From positions 620-64,619 of the forward strand of contig CAZNQD010000008.1 of assembly GCA_964575345.1 (NCBI GenBank): a stretch of 64,000 nt of DNA. Reading direction: 5' to 3'. Position numbers and translations under genes: made by a program. The DNA is from an uncultured Bacteroidales bacterium. Lineage in GTDB: Bacteria; Bacteroidota; Bacteroidia; Bacteroidales; UBA1402. Under the pieces are notes generated by a model that saw nothing but the letters and a program-made list of their open reading frames with translations, searched no databases and was not told the DNA's origin. This document shows positions 27,312 through 37,942 of the stretch, piece by piece (the stretch's first letter is position 1; every line of letters starts with the position of its first letter).

Positions 27312-29936
27312 GTGTCAGACAATATATCCAATACGCCCCTGATGAAGCAATATTTCAGCGTCAAAGCCAAATACCCTGACGCTGTTTTATTGTTCAGGGT
27401 AGGGGATTTTTATGAGACCTACGGCAAAGACGCTGTCGTAGCCGTCGAAATATTAAATATTGCTCTTACGTCCAAAGCCAACGGACCGGCCGGAAAAATT
27501 GAAATGGCCGGTTTCCCTTTTCATGCGCTGGATACTTATTTACCAAAATTGGTCAGGGCAGGCAAGAGGGTAGCTATTTGTGACCAACTCGAAGACCCCA
27601 AAAAGACCAAAACCCTGGTCAAGAGAGGAGTCACCGAATTGGTAACGCCCGGAGTTTCAACCAACGATGCGGTATTGGATCACGGTGAAAACAATTTTCT
27701 GGCGGCTTTGCATCTGGATCAAAAAAGAGCAGGAGTGGCCTTTTTGGATATATCAACCGGCGAATTTATTACCGCTGAAGGCAGTGTAGAATACGTTGAC
27801 AAATTATTGAACTCATTCAATCCAAAAGAAATTTTGTACGAACGAAGCAAACGCTCTTTTTTTCAAAATAATTTTCATTACAACGGCCCCCGCTTCGAGA
27901 TGGAAGACTGGGTTTATACCGATGATTCCGCACGGACGCGTTTGTTGAAACATTTTCAAACCGCCAGCCTAAAAGGATTTGGCATTCAAAATATGCCTTT
28001 GGCCATAATAGCCTCCGCTTCGGTGCTTTACTACATGGATATGACTCAGCACCTACAATTGGGACATATACAGCAAATTGCCCGTATTGACGAAGATAAT
28101 TATGTACGCTTGGACCGCTATACCATACGCAACCTTGAATTGTGCAACACCATAGGTCAGGAAGGCAAAAGCCTGTTAGATATACTGGACTCAACCTGCA
28201 CACCCATGGGAAAACGCCAGCTGAGACGCTGGATATTATTTCCTCTGAATGACATAAAAGCAATTAAATCCAGGCAGCAGGTGGTGGAATTTTTTATGAC
28301 TAATAAAGAAATTCATCAATACGTAAAAGAACGCCTGAGTCTGGTAGGCGACCTGGAGCGCATAGTGTCCAAAGTGGCTGTGGGCAGGGTCTCACCAAGA
28401 GAAGTAGTGCATCTTAAAAACGCTCTGATGGCGGTGGCCGATATTAAGCATTACCTCAGCACTCAGCCTTTGGAAATAACACCACCATTGATGTCAATGG
28501 TTCAGGCGCTGGATACTTGCGAAAGCCTTTGTATGCGGATTACTGCCGAACTGGTCGAAAATCCTCCCATAGCTCTGAACCGGGGCGAAGTAATACGTAG
28601 GGGTGTAAACGAAGAATTGGACGAATTACGAAATCTGTCTACTTCGGGCAAGGAATACCTGCAAAGACTGCAGGAAAGAGAAAGTCAAAAAACCGGTATA
28701 GGCAGCCTGAAAGTCAGTTTTAATAATGTGTTCGGCTACTACATGGAAGTACGCAACGTACACAAGGACAAAGTACCCGAAAACTGGATACGCAAGCAAA
28801 CACTAGTCAATGCTGAGCGATATATTACCCCGGAGCTCAAGGAATACGAAGAAAAAATTCTCGGAGCCGAAGAGCGCATTTCTCAGATTGAAAGCGATAT
28901 TTTCAATGCCCTGGTCCTGGATCTGGTCAGTTTTGTAAGCATTATTCAGAGCAACGCTGCCCTGCTGTCGCAACTCGATTGTTTGCTTTCTTTTGCCGAA
29001 GTTTCGGGCCAGAACAATTATCGTAAACCTCAACTAAGCGATTCCGACGAAATCATTATTAAAGCCGGACGCCATCCCGTCATCGAAAAACAACTGCCCG
29101 ACGGAGAAGTTTACATAAGCAACGATGTGTTTATGGACAATAAAAGCGAGCAGATTCTAATCATAACAGGACCAAATATGGCCGGAAAATCAGCCCTGAT
29201 CCGACAGACAGCCCTGATTGTGATTATGGCACAAACGGGTTGTTTTGTGCCGGCAGAAGAGGCTCAGATAGGACTGGTCGATAAGGTTTTTACCAGGGTG
29301 GGGGCCTCTGACAATCTTTCCCTGGGTGAATCTACTTTTATGGTAGAAATGCTCGAAGCCGCCGATATTCTGAACAATATAACTCCGCGCAGCCTGGTGC
29401 TTTTCGACGAATTAGGCCGGGGAACCAGTACCTACGACGGCATTTCCATAGCCTGGGCCATAGTGGAATACATCCACGAACAGCCCAAAGCCAGAGCAAA
29501 AACACTTTTTGCCACCCATTATCATGAGCTGAACGAAATGGAAAAAACCTTTTCCCGTATCCGTAATTACCACATCGCGGTAAAAGAAGCAGACAATAAG
29601 GTGATTTTTCTTCGCAAAATGCGCCGCGGCGGCAGTGAACACAGCTTTGGTATACACGTGGCCAGAATGGCCGGTATGCCCCCCAGTATAGTAAACAGGG
29701 CTAATCATATACTGCAGGAATTCGAAACAGGCCAGCAGGGGAAAGTGCTGGCTAAGCCGGTTTCAAAGCTGGCCGAAAAACGTGAAGGTTTACAGTTGAG
29801 CTTCTTTCAGCTGGACGATCCGGTGCTTTCACAGGTAAGGGACGAAATTCTCAGAGTGGATGTAAACAACCTGACCCCTATGGAGGCACTCAATAAGCTG
29901 AACGAGATAAAAAAGATCATTCGGGGCAAAGCATAA
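27312..29936 (+). CDS. mutS: DNA mismatch repair protein MutS
   Basis: N-terminal TPLMKQY, Walker [24 protein letters not shown] start. Confidence 0.98.
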   Translation: MSDNISNTPLMKQYFSVKAKYPDAVLLFRVGDFYETYGKDAVVAVEILNIALTSKANGPAGKIEMAGFPFHALDTYLPKLVRAGKRVAICDQLEDPKKTKTLVKRGVTELVTPGVSTNDAVLDHGENNFLAALHLDQKRAGVAFLDISTGEFITAEGSVEYVDKLLNSFNPKEILYERSKRSFFQNNFHYNGPRFEMEDWVYTDDSARTRLLKHFQTASLKGFGIQNMPLAIIASASVLYYMDMTQHLQLGHIQQIARIDEDNYVRLDRYTIRNLELCNTIGQEGKSLLDILDSTCTPMGKRQLRRWILFPLNDIKAIKSRQQVVEFFMTNKEIHQYVKERLSLVGDLERIVSKVAVGRVSPREVVHLKNALMAVADIKHYLSTQPLEITPPLMSMVQALDTCESLCMRITAELVENPPIALNRGEVIRRGVNEELDELRNLSTSGKEYLQRLQERESQKTGIGSLKVSFNNVFGYYMEVRNVHKDKVPENWIRKQTLVNAERYITPELKEYEEKILGAEERISQIESDIFNALVLDLVSFVSIIQSNAALLSQLDCLLSFAEVSGQNNYRKPQLSDSDEIIIKAGRHPVIEKQLPDGEVYISNDVFMDNKSEQILIITGPNMAGKSALIRQTALIVIMAQTGCFVPAEEAQIGLVDKVFTRVGASDNLSLGESTFMVEMLEAADILNNITPRSLVLFDELGRGTSTYDGISIAWAIVEYIHEQPKARAKTLFATHYHELNEMEKTFSRIRNYHIAVKEADNKVIFLRKMRRGGSEHSFGIHVARMAGMPPSIVNRANHILQEFETGQQGKVLAKPVSKLAEKREGLQLSFFQLDDPVLSQVRDEILRVDVNNLTPMEALNKLNEIKKIIRGKA

Positions 29937-29983
29937 GCAACGTAAAGTACCGTAAAAGCTGGTGCCTTGCAAAACAGGTCAGA

Positions 29984-31087
29984 TTAAACATTGAAACGGA
30001 AATGCATGATATCACCGTCCTGCACTACATAGTCCTTGCCTTCTACGTACATTTTACCGGCTTCTCTCACGGCCTGCTCCGAACCAAAGCTGAGATAATC
30101 CTCGTATTTGATGACTTCGGCCCGAATAAATCCTTTTTCAAAATCACTGTGGATTACACCTGCACAGACGGGAGCTTTGCTGCCGGTTTTAAAAGGCCAG
30201 GCCCGGACTTCGAGAGGGCCTGCGGTTAAGAAAACACTAAGATTCAACAATTTATAGGCAGCTTTGATAAGGCGGTTCACGCCGGATTCCTCCAGACCCA
30301 GCTCTTGTAAAAACAAACTGCGTTCTTCGGCGTCTTCGAATTCGGCAATTTCCGATTCAATTTTGGCGGCTACCACCAGCAGCTCTGAATCTTCTTCCTG
30401 AATGGCCCCCCGAACCATATCAACATAGCGGTTGCCTTTGAGAGTGGAGGCCTCGTCTACGTTACAGAGGTAAAGCACTGGTTTGTTGGTTAACAAAAAC
30501 AGGTCATGGGCAATTTTTTGTTCGTCTTTAGTCTCAAATTGTACCGTACGGGCCGACTTGCCCTGTTCCAGGGCCAGCTTGTAACGCAGCAGTACTTCGT
30601 AAGCCAGTTTGGCCTGCTTGTCGCCTCCGGTCTGGGCCTGTTTCTGTACTTTACTGATGCGGCTGTCGATGGTTTCCAGGTCTTTGATTTGCAATTCGTA
30701 GTCGATGATTTCCTTATCCCTGACAGGATCTATCGCTCCGTTGACGTGAGCAATATTACTGTCGTCGAAGCAGCGCAGCACGTGTATGATGGCATCGGTT
30801 TCGCGAATGTTGCCCAAAAATTTGTTTCCCAGGCCTTCTCCTTTGCTGGCTCCCTTGACCAGTCCGGCAATATCGACAATCTCGACGGTAGTGGGTACTA
30901 TGCGCTTGGGATTGACCAATTTGGCCAGTTCGTTCAAACGTTCATCGGGTACTGTGATAACACCCACATTGGGTTCAATAGTACAAAAGGGGAAATTGGC
31001 CGCCTGAGCTTTAGTGCTGGACAGACAATTGAAAAGGGTGGATTTGCCCACGTTGGGTAATCCTATAATGCCGCATTGAAGTGCCAT
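29984..31087 (-). CDS. ychF: Redox-regulated ribosome-binding ATPase YchF
   Basis: [13 protein letters not shown]-loop, 367 aa, with a C-terminal TGS-like domain. Confidence 0.97.
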   Translation of the reverse strand: MALQCGIIGLPNVGKSTLFNCLSSTKAQAANFPFCTIEPNVGVITVPDERLNELAKLVNPKRIVPTTVEIVDIAGLVKGASKGEGLGNKFLGNIRETDAIIHVLRCFDDSNIAHVNGAIDPVRDKEIIDYELQIKDLETIDSRISKVQKQAQTGGDKQAKLAYEVLLRYKLALEQGKSARTVQFETKDEQKIAHDLFLLTNKPVLYLCNVDEASTLKGNRYVDMVRGAIQEEDSELLVVAAKIESEIAEFEDAEERSLFLQELGLEESGVNRLIKAAYKLLNLSVFLTAGPLEVRAWPFKTGSKAPVCAGVIHSDFEKGFIRAEVIKYEDYLSFGSEQAVREAGKMYVEGKDYVVQDGDIMHFRFNV

Positions 31088-31107
31088 ATATTAAATAAAT
31101 AAAAGCC

Positions 31108-31115
31108 CAAAAGTA
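31108..31115 (-). promoter_or_regulatory. Bacteroidota-type -7 box
   Basis: The reverse complement reads TACTTTTG, 20 nt upstream of the ychF ATG at 31087. Confidence 0.45.
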
Positions 31116-31124
31116 CAAAAAACA

Positions 31125-34103
31125 TCAATGCGCTTCAAGCCAATTCTTGCCCACGCCTATTTCGGCCCTGATGGGTACTATGAATGGAGCCGCATTTTCC
31201 ATTTCGTAAATAATCATTTTTTTAACTTGTTCCAGTTCTTCTTCGGGCACAATGAAATCGAGTTCGTCGTGCACCTGCAGAATCATTTTTGTTTTTAGCT
31301 GAGCCGATTCAATGGCCTTATGGATCCTGACCATGGCAATTTTGATCAGGTCAGCGGCTGTGCCCTGAATAGGCGCGTTGATGGCGTTCCGTTCGGCATA
31401 AGACCTTACAACGGCGTTGCGCGATTGAATGTCGGGCAGATAGCGTTTGCGGTGAAAGACCGTTTCTACCCAGTTGTTTTCGCGGGCCATCTGTATAGAA
31501 TAATCCATATAGGCCTTGATTTTGGGATAGGTTTCAAAATAACCCTCAATCAGTTCTTTGGCTTCTGTGCGTGAAACACCCATTCTTTCGGCCAGGCCGA
31601 AGGTAGAAATGCCGTAGATAATCCCAAAATTGGCGGTTTTGGCTTTACGGCGCATATCCTGGCTGACTTCTTCTAGCGGCAGCTTAAAGATTTTGGCAGC
31701 CGTGGCTGCGTGAATGTCCTGGTTCAGCCTGAAAGCTTCAATCATATTCTCGTCTTTGCTCAGGTGGGCCATTATGCGCAGTTCAATCTGAGAATAATCG
31801 GCCGATAAAAAGAACTCTCCCGGACCGGCCGAAAATACTCTGCGAATTTCTCTTCCCTGGTCGTCACGGATGGGGATATTTTGCAGGTTGGGATTGCTGG
31901 AACTCAGTCTGCCGGTAGCCGTTACGGCCTGGTTGAAGGAGGTATGGATTTTGCCTGTTTTCGGATTGATGAGCAGGGGCAGGGCGTCGATGTAGGTGCT
32001 GAGTAATTTTTTTAATCCTCGGTAGTCCAATATTTTACCAACAACGGGATGTTTGCTTCTCAGAGTTTCCAATATTTCTTCGGAGGTGGAATACTGGCCT
32101 GTTTTGGTGCGTTTTGCTTTGTCGGTAATGTGAAAGTGTTCAAACAATATTTCTCCGACCTGTTTCGCAGAGTTAATATTGAAAGCCGTTCCTGCCAGTG
32201 CGTAAATTTCCTGTTCAATACTGTTCAGTTTTTCTGTAAGCAGTACAGAAGAGCTCCTGAGTGCTTCGGTATCAATATACACTCCGCTGTTCTCCATTTC
32301 AGCGAGCACATAGATGAGCGGGGCTTCAATTTCGTAATATAAGTTGTCCAGGCCTTCGTGTTGTATCTCCGCTTCAAGTTTGCTTTTGAGTTGTAAACAG
32401 AGATCTGCCTGCTCACAGAAGTAGTCAGCTGGCAATTCTAATTTAGGATTCTGCAGGCTGCCCTGATTTTTTTCTTTTAGCTCCGGCAGGGCTTCTTGGG
32501 TAAGGCATTGGTAGTTGAGGTAGCTTTTGGCCAAAAAGTCGAGGTTATGCCTTAATTCGGGTTGAATAAGATAATGAGCTATGAGGATGTCAAAAAGAGG
32601 CCCGGCTAATAAAAGTTCATAATTGCGTAAGAGCAGTATTTCGTTCTTTAAATCGTAGGAAATTTTAAGACTGTGTTTATTTTCAAAAATTGGTTTGAAA
32701 GAATTCAGCAGTTCCCGGCAATTTTTTTGGTTGTCGGGGCAGGGCAGGTAGTAAGCTTTGTTTTTTTCTTTTGCAAAGGCTATTCCGGCCAGCTGTGCAT
32801 TCATAGCCTCTGTTCCCCGTTTTTTTGTGCTAAAAGCAAAATAATTTGACTCAGAAAATTCTTTGATAAAAAGCCGGATTTCCTCCTCATTATCAAGAAT
32901 ATGGTAGGAGTGAACCGTGGTTTTTAAGCTGTTGAGAATCGATTCTGGCAAATAGCCTGCAGAATCGTCTTGATTTAGTGCAGGCAAATTGTCTGTAAAC
33001 AAGTCGTTTCCTAAAACATTCTGCTGAGTCCTGACTTTTGTTTGTAATGTCGGATTAGCAGCAACAGTATTGCCCTGTTCATCCCAAAGTGAAGTTTGCA
33101 AATGTGCTCCTTCCGGATTTTTTTTGCCTGCCCCGGGTTGTGAAGCCTCCACAAAAATCGGTGTAAAAATATTTTTTTCTTCAGCGGGGTCGACAGAATA
33201 ATTCTTTTGTGGTTCAGCGTAAGAATTCGAAGCGCTGATTTTTTTCATAAGTGCCCTGAATTCCAATTGCTCGAAAATGCTCATTATTTTTTTTTCGTTA
33301 CGTGGAACCATCCGAAATTCTTCTTCGACAAATTCGATGGGGACGTCTCGTTTGATGGTGGCAAGAAAACGGGAAAAAAGAATTTGATCCCGATTGTTCT
33401 CCACTTTTTCTTTGACGGAGCCTTTTAATTTATCGGTATTTTTAAATAAAGTATCCACATCACCAAATTCGGCGATTAATTTTTGAGCGGTCACTATACC
33501 AATACCCGGACAACCCGGGATATTGTCGGAAGCATCGCCCATAAGGCTCAACAGATCAATTATCTGGCAGGGGTGTTTCAGGCCGAATTTGTTATTCACT
33601 TCTTCTATTCCCATCACTTCAAATTCAGAAGAACCATAGCGGGGACGATAAATAAATGAATGCTCCGAAACCAGCTGGCCGAAATCCTTATCGGGGGTCA
33701 TCATATATGTTTCAAAGCCTTCTTTTTCGGCTTTGAGCGATAAAGTGCCTATAACATCGTCGGCTTCAAAACCCTCTACTTCGAGAATAGGAATTTGATA
33801 GGCTTTAAGTATTTCTTTGATGTAGGGGATAGACCAGCTTATGGTTTCCGGCGTTTTTTCGCGTTGGGCCTTATAGGCTTCAAAGGCTCTGTGCCTGAAA
33901 GTAGGGCCGGGAGGATCGAATGCTACGGCCAAATGAGAAGGATTTTCTCGTTTGAGCAGATCTTCGAGGGTATTAACAAAACCAAAAATGGCTGATGTGT
34001 TTTCGCCCTTAGAATTGATGCGGGGATTTTTAATAAATGCATAATACGACCTGTAAATCAAGGCATAAGCGTCGAGTAAAAAAAGCCTGTTCGATGTTGA
34101 CAT
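31125..34103 (-). CDS. polA: DNA polymerase I
   Basis: N-terminal 5' nuclease domain. Polymerase motif A DYSQIELR, motif B KAKTANFGIIYG, motif C QVHDEL. The 3'-5' exonuclease-like domain has substituted catalytic residues (see findings). Confidence 0.97.
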   Translation of the reverse strand: MSTSNRLFLLDAYALIYRSYYAFIKNPRINSKGENTSAIFGFVNTLEDLLKRENPSHLAVAFDPPGPTFRHRAFEAYKAQREKTPETISWSIPYIKEILKAYQIPILEVEGFEADDVIGTLSLKAEKEGFETYMMTPDKDFGQLVSEHSFIYRPRYGSSEFEVMGIEEVNNKFGLKHPCQIIDLLSLMGDASDNIPGCPGIGIVTAQKLIAEFGDVDTLFKNTDKLKGSVKEKVENNRDQILFSRFLATIKRDVPIEFVEEEFRMVPRNEKKIMSIFEQLEFRALMKKISASNSYAEPQKNYSVDPAEEKNIFTPIFVEASQPGAGKKNPEGAHLQTSLWDEQGNTVAANPTLQTKVRTQQNVLGNDLFTDNLPALNQDDSAGYLPESILNSLKTTVHSYHILDNEEEIRLFIKEFSESNYFAFSTKKRGTEAMNAQLAGIAFAKEKNKAYYLPCPDNQKNCRELLNSFKPIFENKHSLKISYDLKNEILLLRNYELLLAGPLFDILIAHYLIQPELRHNLDFLAKSYLNYQCLTQEALPELKEKNQGSLQNPKLELPADYFCEQADLCLQLKSKLEAEIQHEGLDNLYYEIEAPLIYVLAEMENSGVYIDTEALRSSSVLLTEKLNSIEQEIYALAGTAFNINSAKQVGEILFEHFHITDKAKRTKTGQYSTSEEILETLRSKHPVVGKILDYRGLKKLLSTYIDALPLLINPKTGKIHTSFNQAVTATGRLSSSNPNLQNIPIRDDQGREIRRVFSAGPGEFFLSADYSQIELRIMAHLSKDENMIEAFRLNQDIHAATAAKIFKLPLEEVSQDMRRKAKTANFGIIYGISTFGLAERMGVSRTEAKELIEGYFETYPKIKAYMDYSIQMARENNWVETVFHRKRYLPDIQSRNAVVRSYAERNAINAPIQGTAADLIKIAMVRIHKAIESAQLKTKMILQVHDELDFIVPEEELEQVKKMIIYEMENAAPFIVPIRAEIGVGKNWLEAH

Positions 34104-34214
34104 AGTTGAGTTTGAAGTGATTGGTGTGTAAAGGTATAAAATATAGCAAGATATAGCTTCATAGATGAAGCTTGTTTTTTAAATTGCGGTTATGTGTATG
34201 ACAGGAATTATCCT

Positions 34215-34222
34215 TAAATTTG
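34215..34222 (+). promoter_or_regulatory. Bacteroidota-type -7 box
   Basis: TAAATTTG, 18 nt upstream of the polyprenyl synthase ATG at 34241. Confidence 0.45.
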
Positions 34223-34240
34223 CAGGCTGATTAATTTTTT

Positions 34241-35221
34241 ATGATCGATTTGATTCGACGGCCCATCGAAAAGGAATTTCTTTTGTATCAGGAAACGTAC
34301 AAGAAAGCCCTGGAAACCGACAATCCCATATTGTCCCAGGTGGTGGGGTATTTAAACGGATCCCTCGGTAAAGAAATACGTCCGATAATACTATTGCTTT
34401 CATCGGCACTTTTCGGCCCGGTAGGGCAGACCTCGGTCAACATTGCCGCTTCCTTGCAAATTCTGCATACCGCCAGCCTTTTGCACGACGATGTGGTAGA
34501 TGAAACCTATCAACGCAGATCAAAGAATTCCATCAATGCCATTTGGAAAAACAAAGTGGCCATCTTATCGGGTGATTATTATTTATCCAAAGTCATCGAG
34601 ATTGCTTCTAAATCGGGGCGGGTCGATATCATTACGGAAATAGGAAAGCTTGGTGCCAGTCTGGCCGATGGCGAATTGTTACAACTTCATGTTAGTCAAC
34701 AAAAAAATCCTACCGAAGCAAGTTATTTCAGCATAATCAACAAAAAAACCGCGCAGTTATTTGCTTTTTGCGCCAAAGCCGGCGCCATGGCTTCTTCGGC
34801 TAAGCCCGAAGAGGTAAATCGGCTGTCTTTGTTTGGGGAATATTTGGGTATTATTTTTCAATTAAAAGACGATTCTTTCGACTATATATTGCCCACTCAA
34901 TCGCGAAATATTCCTGGAAAGCCTACCGCAAACGATTTGCGGGAGGGTAAAGTGACTTTGCCGCTCATCTATGCTTTGGAACATGGTGAAGAAAAGAAGG
35001 CAAGGTCCTACCGCGAAATCCTGGAAAAACGTCATTTTACTAAATACAATGTTCGTCGTATGTATCGCTTTGCCATCGACTCCGGAGGCTTGAATTATTT
35101 ATCAAAAAAGATGGATGAATACACAGAAAAAGCTAAGAAAATTCTAGACCTGATCCCCGAGTCTGAGGCAAAGAAATCGCTGACTTTGTGCCTGGAATAC
35201 GTTTCTAATCGCAATGTGTAA
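34241..35221 (+). CDS. Polyprenyl diphosphate synthase (trans-IPPS, IspB-like)
   Basis: First Asp-rich motif LLHDDVVDE and second FQLKDDSFDY; 326 aa. Confidence 0.9.
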   Translation: MIDLIRRPIEKEFLLYQETYKKALETDNPILSQVVGYLNGSLGKEIRPIILLLSSALFGPVGQTSVNIAASLQILHTASLLHDDVVDETYQRRSKNSINAIWKNKVAILSGDYYLSKVIEIASKSGRVDIITEIGKLGASLADGELLQLHVSQQKNPTEASYFSIINKKTAQLFAFCAKAGAMASSAKPEEVNRLSLFGEYLGIIFQLKDDSFDYILPTQSRNIPGKPTANDLREGKVTLPLIYALEHGEEKKARSYREILEKRHFTKYNVRRMYRFAIDSGGLNYLSKKMDEYTEKAKKILDLIPESEAKKSLTLCLEYVSNRNV

Positions 35222-35243
35222 TTACTAAACTAAGCAGTTTTGC

Positions 35244-35277
35244 CCTGCAAAAATCAGATGTAAAACTATTTTGCAGG
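35244..35277. terminator. Possible bidirectional hairpin between the convergent polyprenyl synthase and mazG-like genes
   Basis: CCTGCAAAA (35244-52) pairs with TTTTGCAGG (35269-77), giving a 9-bp stem. The loop is long (16 nt), so this is weak. Confidence 0.25.
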
Positions 35278-35613
35278 CTACGAATCTGATTTAAGTTTAT
35301 GGTTTTTCTGGTGTCTGCTTTTATCGCGTTGTGTTTTTTTCTTCATGTTTTCGGCAAAGGCCTGTTCCAAATCAATTCCGGTTTGATTGGCCAGACAAAT
35401 CAAAACCCATAAAACATCGGCCAATTCATCGCTAAGTTTCGATGTTTTTTCGATAGGCTTTTTGGATTGTTCTCCATATTCCCTGGCAATAATTCTGGCC
35501 ACTTCGCCCACTTCTTCGCTCAACAGGGCCATATTGGTCAATTCGTTGAAGTAACGGACTCCGTACTGTTTAATCCAGGCGTCTACCTGAATTTGAGCTT
35601 CTTTCAAAGTCAT
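35278..35613 (-). CDS. MazG-like nucleotide pyrophosphohydrolase
   Basis: 111 aa with EEVGEVARIIAREYG and ELADVLWVLICLAN, the EExxE/ExxD-type helices of the MazG family. Confidence 0.85.
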   Translation of the reverse strand: MTLKEAQIQVDAWIKQYGVRYFNELTNMALLSEEVGEVARIIAREYGEQSKKPIEKTSKLSDELADVLWVLICLANQTGIDLEQAFAENMKKKTQRDKSRHQKNHKLKSDS

Positions 35614-36065
35614 TTTTTTCTGTTTTTAGAATCCAGTAAAATAGTTACAGGCCCATCGTTGATGAGTTCAACCAACATGTGGGCACCAAAAATTCCCTGT
35701 TCGGTCTTTTTGTTTAAAATTTTGTCGCAAAGAGAGCAAAAGTCTTGATACATAGCTTTTGCAACCTCGGGTTTACCGGCTTTGATATACGAAGGCCGAT
35801 GTCCCTTTTGTGTGATAGCACATAAAGTAAATTGACTTATAACCAACAAATGGCCTCCATCTTGCATGATGGAAAGATTCATAACTCCCTTTTCATCGTC
35901 GAAAATGCGAAGATGACAAATTTTTTCTGCCATCCAGATCAGGTCATCAGTTGCGTCGTTTTCTTCAATTCCGATAAATACGAGCAAACCTCTGTCAATT
36001 CTGCCACAGATATTTTCATTTACAGAAACGGAGGCCTTGCCTACTCTTTGTATGACGGCTTTCAT
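35610..36065 (-). CDS. dtd: D-aminoacyl-tRNA deacylase
   Basis: MKAVIQRV N-terminus, SQFTL and NDGPVT motifs. It overlaps both neighbours by 4 nt. Confidence 0.95.
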   Translation of the reverse strand: MKAVIQRVGKASVSVNENICGRIDRGLLVFIGIEENDATDDLIWMAEKICHLRIFDDEKGVMNLSIMQDGGHLLVISQFTLCAITQKGHRPSYIKAGKPEVAKAMYQDFCSLCDKILNKKTEQGIFGAHMLVELINDGPVTILLDSKNRKK

Positions 36066-37909
36066 TTTGATTTAAAGTAATTTATTATGAGGTTGGCTTT
36101 GGCTTTACCCACCAATTTTTCCAATTCGTCACTACCGGCTTCCCTGATCTTTTTCAGACTTTTAAAATGCTTTAAAAGTAAATTTTTTGTAATGTTGCCA
36201 ATACCGGGAATTCCATCAAGTTCCGATTTTGTTTGAACTTTACTTCTGAGTTTACGATGAAAACTTATACCAAAACGATGTGCCTCATCTCTTATTTGTT
36301 GTATTAATTTCAAACTTTCGGAATTTTTATTCAAATATAAGGGAGTTGAATCGTTCGGAAAATAAATTTCTTCCAGTCGTTTTGCAATCCCAATTATTCT
36401 AATTGAACGAATTTTGTGAAGAATATGTTCGTCGATGTTTTCTTTCTTGCAGTACTTAATGATATTTTCATGCGCCTCCACGGCAGAACTCAATTGCCCT
36501 TTGCCCCCGTCTACAATTATTAATTGTGGTATTTCCTGTTCTTCTTTGGCCAAACGCATATATCTACGACTTATTACTTCTCTCATCGAAGCAAAGTCGT
36601 CTATTCCCGATACGGTTTTAATGCTGAAATGCCTGTATTCTTTTTTAGAAGCTTTGGCCTTTTTAAAAACCACACAGGAGGCCACAGGATTGCTTCCTTG
36701 AATATTGGAATTATCAAAGCATTCTATGTGAATGGGAAGCTCCGAAAGCTGCAGATCTTTTTTAAGTGTTTGCAATATTCTGGTTGTTCGTTGTTCAGGA
36801 TTTAATTTTTCTTCCTGTTTAAGGAGATCAATTTTGTATTGGCGAACATTGTTTTTAGATAAATCAAGTAACTTTTTCCGATCGCCCTGCTTTGGAATAC
36901 GAAATTGAACCTCATTCAATTCCAGGGAAGGAATAAAGGGGACAACAATTTCTTTGCTTTTGCTGTTGAAACGGCTCCGCATCTCATAAATGCCGCTGGC
37001 CAGCAGTGACTCTTTGTCTTCTTCTATTTTTTTGCGATATTCAAAAGTGTAGGTTTGCACTATGCAGCCCTTGTGGACGTGAAGATAATTTATATAGGCT
37101 GCATTTCCGGTTTCGTCCCAGCTGAAGACATCTAATTCTTTAATATTGGAATTCACTATAAAAGATTTGCTGCGATACAAGTCCAGCAATTCTAATTTGG
37201 TTTTACAGGCTTGTGCCTCTTCAAATCGCAAAGCTTCTGCGTGCTCCCTGATTTCTTTTTTTAAAATATGCTCGACTGTTTCAAGATTGCCTTTGAGAAT
37301 ATGACGTATGTGATCTACATTCTTATTGTAGGATGCTTCTGACTGATACCCCACGCAGGGGCCCTGGCACTTTTTTATATGATAATCCAGGCAAACGCGG
37401 TGTTTCCCGGCCAATATATTTTTTTCAGATAAATCAAGTGAACAGCTTCGTAAGGGATGTAATTTGCCAATTAAATCCAACAAGGCTCTGACCATGGGTA
37501 CTGAGCTGTAAGGGCCAAAATACTCGGAGCCGTCCTTAAGGATTCTGCGAGTCTGAAAAACTCTGGGAAAGCGTTCTTTTTTAATGCATATACTGGGATA
37601 AGTTTTGTCGTCCTTCAGCAACACATTGTACCTTGGTTGGTGTTCTTTAATCAGGTTATTTTCGAGCAAGAGGGCGTCTTGTTCGTTTTCGACCACCGTG
37701 TAGCGGATGTCTTTGATCTTTTTGACTAAAATTGCTGTTTTGGGAGATTCGTCGTGGTTCTTGTTGAAGTAGGAGAGAACTCGTTTTTTTAAATTCTTTG
37801 CCTTGCCAACATAGATGATGCGGCCCTCTTCTCCCAGGTACTGATAGATGCCGGGAAGCTCGGGCAGTCTGCTCAATAGTTGATTTATGTGTGACGAAGA
37901 CGTTTGCAT
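36062..37909 (-). CDS. uvrC: Excinuclease ABC subunit C
   Basis: GIY-YIG N-terminus (GIYQYLGEEGRIIYVGKAKNLKKRV) and a C-terminal HhH region (IPGIGNITKNLLLKHF). Confidence 0.97.
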   Translation of the reverse strand: MQTSSSHINQLLSRLPELPGIYQYLGEEGRIIYVGKAKNLKKRVLSYFNKNHDESPKTAILVKKIKDIRYTVVENEQDALLLENNLIKEHQPRYNVLLKDDKTYPSICIKKERFPRVFQTRRILKDGSEYFGPYSSVPMVRALLDLIGKLHPLRSCSLDLSEKNILAGKHRVCLDYHIKKCQGPCVGYQSEASYNKNVDHIRHILKGNLETVEHILKKEIREHAEALRFEEAQACKTKLELLDLYRSKSFIVNSNIKELDVFSWDETGNAAYINYLHVHKGCIVQTYTFEYRKKIEEDKESLLASGIYEMRSRFNSKSKEIVVPFIPSLELNEVQFRIPKQGDRKKLLDLSKNNVRQYKIDLLKQEEKLNPEQRTTRILQTLKKDLQLSELPIHIECFDNSNIQGSNPVASCVVFKKAKASKKEYRHFSIKTVSGIDDFASMREVISRRYMRLAKEEQEIPQLIIVDGGKGQLSSAVEAHENIIKYCKKENIDEHILHKIRSIRIIGIAKRLEEIYFPNDSTPLYLNKNSESLKLIQQIRDEAHRFGISFHRKLRSKVQTKSELDGIPGIGNITKNLLLKHFKSLKKIREAGSDELEKLVGKAKANLIINYFKSK

Positions 37910-37942
37910 CGGTTTAACTGTTTCACGTGGAACAAACCGGGT

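Noticed and set aside
29960-29971. TGGTGCCTTGCA resembles parts of a sigma-54 promoter (TGGCAC-N5-TTGC). I looked for one because rpoN is in the window.
   Set aside because: The GG and GC elements are too close together, and the site lies between convergent gene ends. Other TGGCAC occurrences (e.g. 15390, 52154) lack a TTGC element at the right spacing. I cannot support any sigma-54 promoter.
34155-34172. The palindrome AGCTTCAT-AG-ATGAAGCT followed by TGTTTTTT, upstream of polA.
   Set aside because: It looks like a plus-strand terminator, but no plus-strand gene ends upstream of it, and the 2-nt loop makes the full stem unrealistic. It is probably incidental or part of the polA/ispB-like divergent promoter region.
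35278-35613. A MazG-named gene that might belong to a toxin-antitoxin module.
   Set aside because: It belongs to the MazG nucleotide pyrophosphohydrolase family, not MazE/MazF. It sits in a dtd-uvrC housekeeping cluster with no small partner gene.
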